Shown here piece by piece: positions 57,095 to 64,000 of a stretch of 64,000 nt of DNA; position 1 is the first letter of the stretch; each line of letters begins with the position of its first letter. The notes under the pieces are model-generated. The model did not search any database. It was given only the letters and a program-made list of their open reading frames with translations, and was not told where the DNA came from. Made by a program: the position numbers and the translations under genes. Source of the stretch: a virus. Its lineage: Duplodnaviria > Caudoviricetes. The stretch is taken from IMG/VR virus record IMGVR_UViG_2751185860_000001, positions 1-64,000 of that record; one strand, written 5' to 3'.

Positions 57095-58444
57095 ATGATG
57101 GCGAAAACAAATAAGTTGGCAATGGAATTACCCTTAGAAGGTCGTTTTATTAGTGTTGAATTTCCTATTACACGTGAAGATTTGATAATAATTGATCAGG
57201 CGGTTTCTGATCTTGACGAAAAAACAGATGGTAAGGTGCCTTTACAGCACACTCATGAGATGAGTGAAGTCAGTGAGCTTGAAGAAGCATTAAGTGGCAA
57301 GATGGCAACAGATAAAACATTTGCTTTGGTTGATTTGACTGATGTCGAAGGTGCCAACGATGCACCTGAAAATCATGTTTTATATAAATCAAGTGAGGAT
57401 TGCTTTGTCTTTGGTGATCCGACATCACTCTTCCACCCGCACCAACATGAAGCTGAAGATATTACAGATCTTGAGAAATATATAGCAACTGTCAATGTAG
57501 ATCTGAAAGATTATGGATGTTTATCGGGTAAAAACGAATGGGAAAATACCAATGTTTTTAAAGGTAAGATCAACATTGAAGAAGGTGTTGAATTAGCTGA
57601 AACCTCTTTTTTAACTGTAAAGCAGAAAGATAAAGTGGTGACAAATTTAAGCACAACTGGAAGCTTGCTTAAAGGACCTCTCAAGATTGATGATGAACCC
57701 ATTTATACTAAATCGCAATTGGATGAAGCTATGTCAAAAGAAATCGAAAAACTGAAACAATCTTTGACTGATGAAAATACAAGTTGCTCTAAGCTTGCTG
57801 ATGCGGAATTACTTATTACACAAAGTGAGAAAATTAAATGGCCAGATTGGGCAACTGATGAAACCAAAGTTGAGATCCAAGCATGGGGCGGCGGCGGCGG
57901 TAGTGCAAAGAACAATGATTATCCGGGTGGCGGTGGCGGTGGTAGTGGCTGCGTAGTGTGGTATGGCTATAAGTCAAGTTTAAATGGACATCACGATATC
58001 ATCATTGGTAGTGGGGGACATGATGGTGGTGGATCAGGCTATGGTGGTAATTCTGGAGGACACACAATTATAGGCAATAATTTTATTGCCGTCGCAGGTG
58101 GTGGCGGTGGTGGGCCCGGTGTTGAACAGAAGGTAGGAAACAGTGGCTACGGGAGTAGAGGAGATAACTTTGGTTTGGTAACTGATGAACATCCCGGTCT
58201 TGTCAGAGCTTGTAATGGTTATGCCGGAGGGCATGGAGAATATAAACAAAGAAGTGGCTTTGGTGGCAATGCAGGCAATGCGATAAAAGGGGTTACTGGA
58301 GCACAGGGAGGTGGTTTAGGTAACCTTATCTCAGGAGTTGGAGGTGCAGGTTATGGTGGTGGTGGTAGTGGTGCTCGTGGAGCTCAAGATGCTGGCGGTA
58401 AGGGAGCTAATGGTGCTGTCCTTATAAGACTATGGAAGAATTAA
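57095..58444 (+). CDS. Tail fibre 2 with glycine-rich tip (intact paralog)
   Basis: HTHEMSEV and HQH repeats, EIQAWGGGGG, C-terminal GANGAVLIRLW. Confidence 0.85.
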   Translation: MMAKTNKLAMELPLEGRFISVEFPITREDLIIIDQAVSDLDEKTDGKVPLQHTHEMSEVSELEEALSGKMATDKTFALVDLTDVEGANDAPENHVLYKSSEDCFVFGDPTSLFHPHQHEAEDITDLEKYIATVNVDLKDYGCLSGKNEWENTNVFKGKINIEEGVELAETSFLTVKQKDKVVTNLSTTGSLLKGPLKIDDEPIYTKSQLDEAMSKEIEKLKQSLTDENTSCSKLADAELLITQSEKIKWPDWATDETKVEIQAWGGGGGSAKNNDYPGGGGGGSGCVVWYGYKSSLNGHHDIIIGSGGHDGGGSGYGGNSGGHTIIGNNFIAVAGGGGGGPGVEQKVGNSGYGSRGDNFGLVTDEHPGLVRACNGYAGGHGEYKQRSGFGGNAGNAIKGVTGAQGGGLGNLISGVGGAGYGGGGSGARGAQDAGGKGANGAVLIRLWKN

Positions 58445-58474
58445 CGTCCTAAAGATTTTTACAAAGGAGTTTTT

Positions 58475-58699
58475 ATGCAATATGCAGTTGTTGAAAATGG
58501 TATGGTAACTAATATTATTGTTGCACCAGAGGATTATGTTTATCCGTTTGAAGGGAAAGCTATTGCCTCAAACGAAGCACAAATCGGTTGGACTTATAAA
58601 GACGGGCAATTTTATCCTCCTGTTGATGAGGAAAAAGACGACTTATCTTTCACTGAAACAACACAACCAGAGACATCTGAAGACCCCATAGAGGTGTAA
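58475..58699 (+). CDS. Tail-fibre assembly / chaperone-like small protein
   Basis: YAVVENGMVTNIIV...AQIGWTYKDGQFYPP, directly after the fibres. Confidence 0.7.
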   Translation: MQYAVVENGMVTNIIVAPEDYVYPFEGKAIASNEAQIGWTYKDGQFYPPVDEEKDDLSFTETTQPETSEDPIEV

Positions 58700-58751
58700 A
58701 GAAGGACACTTCAGTTAAGTTTCATCAAAACCTTTCTTAAGAAAGCAGTGC

Positions 58752-58785
58752 AAGGCCAAATAGATTTATTTGGCCTTTATTTTTT
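58752..58785 (+). terminator. Internal terminator before the sheath gene
   Basis: aaggccaaata-gatt-tatttggcctt then T-rich. Confidence 0.65.
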
Positions 58786-58816
58786 CATCAGCCAATCATT
58801 TAAAGGAGCACCAAGA

Positions 58817-60208
58817 ATGGCATCAGGATTTTTACACGGTGTTGAAGTCATCGAGAATGACGATGGCACACGCCCTATTGCGCCAATTCAGTCGGCAGTT
58901 ATAGGCATTGTAGGTACAGCACCCAATGCAGATGAAGAGGTCTTTCCTCTTAATACACCGGTTTTAATATCAGGATCTCTTTCCAAGGCAGCTAAACTCG
59001 ACAAATACAACACAGGAGAAGGTACACTGCCCAATGCTGTTGATCTGATTTTCAAACAAGCAGGTGCCATTGTTGTTGTGGTGCGCGTAGAAGAAAGCAG
59101 AGATGAAAACAAAACATTGACGAATGTTTTAGGTGGTGTCAATGCCAATGGTTCTTACGAAGGTGTCCATGCTTTCATAGGAGCACAATCCATCGTTGGG
59201 CAAACACCACGCATTCTGATTGCTCCTGGTTTTACTCACAAACGCGATGCTGGTGTGTCTGCTATAAGTGTCTCAAACGGAGGCAGTGGTTACACATACG
59301 CTACTGTTAAAATAGAAGGCAATGCCAAGGCGACAGCTATTGTTTCTGATGGAGAAGTGCGAAGCATTGTAGTTGATGAGAGTGGAAGTGGTTATGAAGA
59401 AGCCCCTCGTGTAACCATTGAAGGTGATGGAGAAGGTGCCACAGCCGAAGCGACAATCAAAAAAATGTCTAATCCCGTAGCAGCAGAGCTAATTGGTATT
59501 GCTGAACGTTTACGCGCTATTGTGGTGATTGATGGACCCAACACAACGGATGAAGAAGCAATCTCAACGAGAGGAGATTTTGATTCCAAACGTGCCATCA
59601 TAGCTGACCCATTTGTAAGTGTTTTGCGTAATGGAAGAATTTCACAAGAACCAGCAAGTTCAGTAGTTGCCGGTATTATTGCTAAAACAGATTTCACGCA
59701 CGGTTTTTGGCATTCTCCTTCAAACAAAGGGATCAATGGCATTAGTGGTACAGCACGACCCATTGATTTTGCCATTGGTGACAGTTCCAGTCGTGCTAAT
59801 TTGCTTAATGAAAAGAATATAACAACAATCATTCGTGAGAATGGTTATCGCTTATGGGGTAATCGTACACTTTCATCAGATCCAAAGTTTGCTTTTATAT
59901 CCGTGGTGAGAACTGCAGATATGATTAACGATGCCATTTTACGTGGGCATATGTGGGCAGTCGATCGAAACATCACAAAAACTTATCTGAGCGATGTGAG
60001 TGAAAGCGTCAATGCTTATTTACGTGACTTGAAAGCACAAGGCGCCATTATTGGAGGGCGTTGTTATCCTGACCTCGAACTTAATACACCAAGTGCCATT
60101 GAAAGTGGACAAGTCTATTTCAATGTCGAATTCCAACCAACCACGCCAGCAGAACGCATCACGTTCCGTTCGCGTATTGTCAATGATTACATAGAGGAGA
60201 TCCTTTAA
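58817..60208 (+). CDS. Contractile tail sheath protein (P2 FI-like)
   Basis: FLHGVEVIE, PRILIAPGF, WHSPSNK, RLWGNRT. Confidence 0.95.
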   Translation: MASGFLHGVEVIENDDGTRPIAPIQSAVIGIVGTAPNADEEVFPLNTPVLISGSLSKAAKLDKYNTGEGTLPNAVDLIFKQAGAIVVVVRVEESRDENKTLTNVLGGVNANGSYEGVHAFIGAQSIVGQTPRILIAPGFTHKRDAGVSAISVSNGGSGYTYATVKIEGNAKATAIVSDGEVRSIVVDESGSGYEEAPRVTIEGDGEGATAEATIKKMSNPVAAELIGIAERLRAIVVIDGPNTTDEEAISTRGDFDSKRAIIADPFVSVLRNGRISQEPASSVVAGIIAKTDFTHGFWHSPSNKGINGISGTARPIDFAIGDSSSRANLLNEKNITTIIRENGYRLWGNRTLSSDPKFAFISVVRTADMINDAILRGHMWAVDRNITKTYLSDVSESVNAYLRDLKAQGAIIGGRCYPDLELNTPSAIESGQVYFNVEFQPTTPAERITFRSRIVNDYIEEIL

Positions 60209-60714
60209 TGATTGCACCTAGATTACCAAGAGCTTTGAAACATTTTAACATTTATGTTGATGGGATTCCCTATAGAGAAAAATGTGACAGTGTTACTTTA
60301 CCAAGTTTAAATTTCGTCGTTGAAAGTTTTCGTGCAGGTGGCATGGATGTTCCTGTTGGAATCGAGATGGGAATGGAAGAGCTCACGCTTTCTATGACTG
60401 TTGCAGATTGCTCTGACGAACTTCTAGGTCTTTTGGGTAAACCCAATATTGATATTTCTTTGCGTGGTGCAATTCAAGCACAGGGTGCAGCAGAAGAAGG
60501 AGTTGTAATCTCCATGCGTGGATTTTGCAAGGGCTATGAACCTGGCCAATGGCAGCCTGGTGCTAAGTCTACCACAACGATCAATTATACCCTGAATTAT
60601 TTCAAATATGTTCAAAATGACAAGGAAATCGTTGAGATTGATGCTTACAACATGGTGAGAAAATTCAATGGCGTTGATCAATTAGCAAAACATAGAGAAC
60701 TTTTAGGAATGTAA
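60208..60714 (+). CDS. Tail tube protein (P2 FII-like)
   Basis: ESFRAGGMDVPVGIEMGMEEL, VEIDAYNMVRKFNGVD. Confidence 0.93.
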   Translation: MIAPRLPRALKHFNIYVDGIPYREKCDSVTLPSLNFVVESFRAGGMDVPVGIEMGMEELTLSMTVADCSDELLGLLGKPNIDISLRGAIQAQGAAEEGVVISMRGFCKGYEPGQWQPGAKSTTTINYTLNYFKYVQNDKEIVEIDAYNMVRKFNGVDQLAKHRELLGM

Positions 60715-60715
60715 A

Positions 60716-60976
60716 ATGACTATTAAACAAAATATTACCCATAAATTGCTCTTCCCCATTAACGTTGAAGGAAAAGAACGCACCGAAATCACTTTACGCC
60801 GTCCAAAGGTAAAAGACGCCGAAGCTACTGATAAAACAGAAGGTGTTGAGCAAACGATAATTATGATTTCACGTCTTTCTGGGTGGCCTGAAGAGGCTGT
60901 TGGTGAACTTGATGTCGATGATATGGAAAATATCGGGAAAAAATTGGCGGCTTTTATAAAGCGGCGGGCTACCTAA
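60716..60976 (+). CDS. Tail assembly chaperone (P2 gpE-like)
   Basis: ITLRRPKVKD, between tube and tape measure. Confidence 0.85.
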   Translation: MTIKQNITHKLLFPINVEGKERTEITLRRPKVKDAEATDKTEGVEQTIIMISRLSGWPEEAVGELDVDDMENIGKKLAAFIKRRAT

Positions 60977-61113
60977 CCTGGGAAACCGCCGCTGAACTCA
61001 TGGCCGATATTGCTATCGTGTTTCATTGGCCCCTTTCAGAGATGATGGAAATGGAACCTCAAGAGCTCTGGTTTTGGCGCCATAAAGCTGCAGAAAGGTA
61101 TAAGAAAAAATGA
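60952..61113 (+). CDS. gpE' extension in the -1 frame (probable programmed frameshift product; not in the ORF track)
   Basis: -1 frame open 60922-61113: YLTWETAAELMADIAIVFHWPLSEMMEMEPQELWFWRHKAAERYKKK*; stop overlaps the tape-measure ATG. Confidence 0.75.
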   Translation, partial: FYKAAGYLTWETAAELMADIAIVFHWPLSEMMEMEPQELWFWRHKAAERYKKK

Positions 61114-63151
61114 GTAAAACAGTTGCAGATGCTAAGGTGCGATTGACCCTTGAAGACAAGATAACTGCACCCATTAAACGTATTCAAAAACGTTTAACGG
61201 ACTTATCAAATAAATTATCAAATAAGTTTAAAATCCCTCGCCTTATGGCTGCGACACGCAAAATGACAGCAAGCTTAAAAGGGGTCAACAATGCTCTTGG
61301 TACAGTAACCAACCGTGTTTCTATGTTATCAGGAGCATTAGGCCTTGCTGGTGGCGGTCTTGCTGCAAGCTTGACTGCAGTGACTATGAAAACCATGCAT
61401 ATGGGGGATAGTCTTCACCACGCATCGCGTCATTTAGGTATGAGCGTTAAAGATCTTCAGTTATGGGGTGATGCAGCGGATAATTCAGGTTATTCTGCTG
61501 AGAAATTCCAACAATCCCTGGCTGTTTTAAACAGGCGTTCAGCACAAGCTTTAGCTGGACAAAAAAGGGGAATTATGGGGTTTCAGGCGCTTGGTATTTC
61601 TGTAAAAGATGCCTCTGGAAAGCTTAAATCAAACTCAGACTTGTTAGAAGAAATTACCGACAAGATGAGTAAGATAGACAACCAAGCACAAAGACAACAT
61701 ATTGCTGCCTTGCTTTTTGGTGGTGACGGTAAAGAAATGGCTGCCATGCTCTCGCAAGGTATGGAGCCTATCAAGGAGTTGTTTGAAAAGGCAAAAAAGA
61801 GCGGATGGCTTATGGGGGCTGATGTTGCTCACTATGCTGCAGATTTAAATGATAAGCTTGGAGCTTTTAAGAAAAAACTGGGCGGTGTTGCCACTTTTAT
61901 TGGGGCACGGTTCATGCCGGTAATCAATGATTTGATTGATGCCTTTTCAAAGTTGATTGATGAAAACCGTGATCTCATTCAAACAACTGTCGCAAATTGG
62001 GCGAGGGTTTTAAGAAAAGCTATACAGGATTTATGTGATCCTACTTCTGAATTAAGGCAAAATATCACAAATGTTACAGAAAGTATTAAAGGCTGGTTTC
62101 GATGGTTAGAGCCACTAATTGGTGAGATAACTCTCTTTAAAATAGGTCTTACAGCTCTTGTGGCCTTCATTGTGGGGCCACTGGTTTCAGCACTTGCTGT
62201 GGTTGGTGCAGCGTTTGTTACATTTGGTACAACTATTGTTACCCTTATTATGGGGCCACTTATAACAGCGATTTACACACTTACTACAGCTTTTTTACAT
62301 TTGGTGCGGCCATTATGACCACACCTGTTGGGTGGATTGCAGCAGCTATTATAGGGCTTATTGCAGCAGGGGTCGCACTTTATGTCTATTGGGATAAAGT
62401 CAAGAAAGTGCTTACTATAGCACTCAATAAGATTTGCGATGCCTTTGTTAAGCTGGGTGACTTCATTATGAAGTATACGCTTATCGGTTATGTAATTAAT
62501 GGCATTAAGAAGCTTGTTGCAACAGCTGTTTGGCTTTACGAAAATTGGGATGAGGTCATGGCCTCCTGCGGGCGGTTATGGAGCTCTCTTGGGGAGACAA
62601 TTAATCAATTTTTTGATTGGTTTTCTAATCTCAGTTTATTTGAGGCAGGTGCTAGCCTGATTACAGGTCTGTGGGATGGTCTCAAAAGCGTATGGGATAC
62701 TATGACACAATGGCTTTCTGGTGCGGTGCAAAAATTAATGGGGTGGATGCCTGATTTTGTTAAAGACAAGCTAGGATTTAACGTTACAGTTAGCAAAAAC
62801 ACTACCGAGAGTTTAAAGAATCTCACACAAGAGACAAAAACATACGCACAAAAGATTATTCATTCAACTGTTGTTTCTAACATCTCTCCTGAGCAACGTT
62901 ATTACACAGATGAGAGATATGTTAATGGTGAAGGTAGGCGACCTTATGGGGAGGCATTTAAAACGCCTGAACCGATTATGGCACATAAGGAAAATAAGAC
63001 GACTAATGTTGATGCATCTATTACGATTAGCGGTTTAAACATCAGTGGGGGCAGCGGTTCACCGCAGGATATTAGTGCTGCTATTAAAAAAGCTCTTGCA
63101 GATCAAGCTAGACAGCAACGTTTAGCAATTAACTCAAGTTTATCGGATTAA
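61110..63151 (+). CDS. Tail tape measure protein, interrupted by a -1 frameshift at T6 62291-62296
   Basis: ORFs 61110-62318 and 62315-63151 join as TAFFTFGAAIMTTPVGW if one T is added. Confidence 0.82.
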
Positions 63152-63156
63152 GCGTC

Positions 63157-63546
63157 ATGATGTTAGCATTGGGGGATTTTATTTTTTCCGTTAACACAGC
63201 TGCCTATCAAGAACTTGAGATGACTTATGATGTTCCATGGGTAGAGCAAGGACGTCTGGGAAGTAAAGCAGCGTTTCAGTTGCCGGCCATTGCTAATGCC
63301 GAATATTCTTTATCAGGCGTGATTTATCCGAATTTTAAGGGTAGTTACGGTCAATTGGATAGATTGCGGAGCATGGCGCATGTAGGGCCACATTTGTTGG
63401 TAAGTGGAAAAGGCAAAATTTTCGGTAAATTTGTTATTCTTTCCCTAGATGAAAAACAGAGCTTTTTTCATAAAAACGGTGATCCACGCAAGCAAGAATT
63501 CACATTGCAACTAAGAGAATATGGTGGAGATGGGGGCATGTGGTGA
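63157..63546 (+). CDS. Tail protein (P2 gpU-like)
   Basis: MMLALGDFIFS...YSLSGVIYP...FTLQLREY. Confidence 0.9.
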   Translation: MMLALGDFIFSVNTAAYQELEMTYDVPWVEQGRLGSKAAFQLPAIANAEYSLSGVIYPNFKGSYGQLDRLRSMAHVGPHLLVSGKGKIFGKFVILSLDEKQSFFHKNGDPRKQEFTLQLREYGGDGGMW

Positions 63547-63767
63547 GTGATATTTACGTTACCAAAGATGGCGATATGGTTGATGCCATTTGCTGGAGAC
63601 ACTATCCAAAGGGTCAGCAAGCACTGGCTGTTGAGCGTGTTTATGCAACCAACCACAGACTAGCAGATCTTGGACCCATTTTAAAAGCGGGGATCACAAT
63701 TATTTTACCTTCCCTTCCTCATCCTCAAGCAACACCCGTCATTAGGCTCTGGGGCAGCAAACAATGA
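63540..63767 (+). CDS. Tail protein (P2 gpX-like, LysM-like)
   Basis: YVTKDGDMVDAICWRHY...PILKAGITIILP. Confidence 0.9.
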   Translation: MVSDIYVTKDGDMVDAICWRHYPKGQQALAVERVYATNHRLADLGPILKAGITIILPSLPHPQATPVIRLWGSKQ

Positions 63768-64000
63768 AACCTTTCTGCAGGGTGATGTCTAATGGTGAGG
63801 ATGTCACAAAAGCTTTAATGGATTATGTTCTATCCATTGAAATAACCGATGAAGCAGAAGACAAAAGTGATCGGATCACCATAGAGCTCGATGATCGTGC
63901 GCGCATCAGTGATAATGGTTTTTTAGAGATCCCTTTAATTGGAACAGTTATTTCTATAACGCTTGGTTATGAAAATGGTAAAGCACGTGACATGGGATCC
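63764..64000 (+). CDS. Baseplate hub / late control protein (P2 gpD-like), cut by the window edge
   Basis: MKPFCRV...SIEITDEAEDKSDRITIELDD...LGYE. Confidence 0.85.
   Translation, partial: MKPFCRVMSNGEDVTKALMDYVLSIEITDEAEDKSDRITIELDDRARISDNGFLEIPLIGTVISITLGYENGKARDMGS

Larger units (their letters stand above)
32746..64000. mobile_element. Prophage 2: lambda-like head plus P2-like contractile tail, very short early region; runs off the right edge
   Basis: int-C4-ant-ssb-regulator-hicAB then terS/terL/W/portal/S49/D/E and V/W/J/I/fibres/sheath/tube/E/T/U/X/D. Confidence 0.92.

Noticed and set aside
55658-58699. Invertible tail-fibre shufflon
   Set aside because: Both fibre genes are co-oriented; no invertase or inverted crossover sites seen
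59260-59460. GSGY-repeat insertion in the tail sheath
   Set aside because: Common decoration in sheath proteins; nothing distinguishes it here
1-64000. CRISPR array, diversity-generating retroelement or retron
   Set aside because: No regularly spaced repeat-spacer array, no reverse transcriptase motif in any ORF, and the fibre paralogs do not show adenine-only differences

Overview
The window holds two prophages in tandem in an AT-rich genome, probably Bartonella (inferred from gene content, not checked by search). Prophage 1 (1 to about 32,745) looks like a complete lambdoid-organised temperate phage. It has a tyrosine integrase, Exo/RecT recombination genes, an antirepressor, a cI/cro switch with visible operators, DUF1376-type replication genes and two HigBA-like toxin-antitoxin (TA) pairs. 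Its podovirus-type virion module (PBSX-type terminase, P22-like portal, N4-gp56-like capsid, ejection proteins, tail fibres, lysozyme, spanins) may be related to the Bartonella gene transfer agent. A tRNA-3'-end-like att core at 32746-32761 separates it from prophage 2 (about 32,746 to beyond 64,000). Prophage 2 has a P4-type integrase, an antirepressor, ssb, HicAB, a captured Type ISP methyltransferase remnant, a lambda-like head and a P2-like contractile tail, but no repressor or replication gene is visible in the window. The main hidden features are: (i) two C4-like antisense RNA switches whose stems and target sites co-vary, one controlling the antirepressor and one a left-handed beta-helix gene; (ii) a shared ssb / putative antiterminator / TA slot / sigma70 promoter / double terminator late-control module in front of two unrelated virion modules; (iii) several single-base (-1 type) frameshifts in structural and replication genes, one at an in-phase lambda-type G_GGA_AAG heptamer, which could be programmed, decay or sequencing error. 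All family assignments come from motif recognition by eye; no database search was run.
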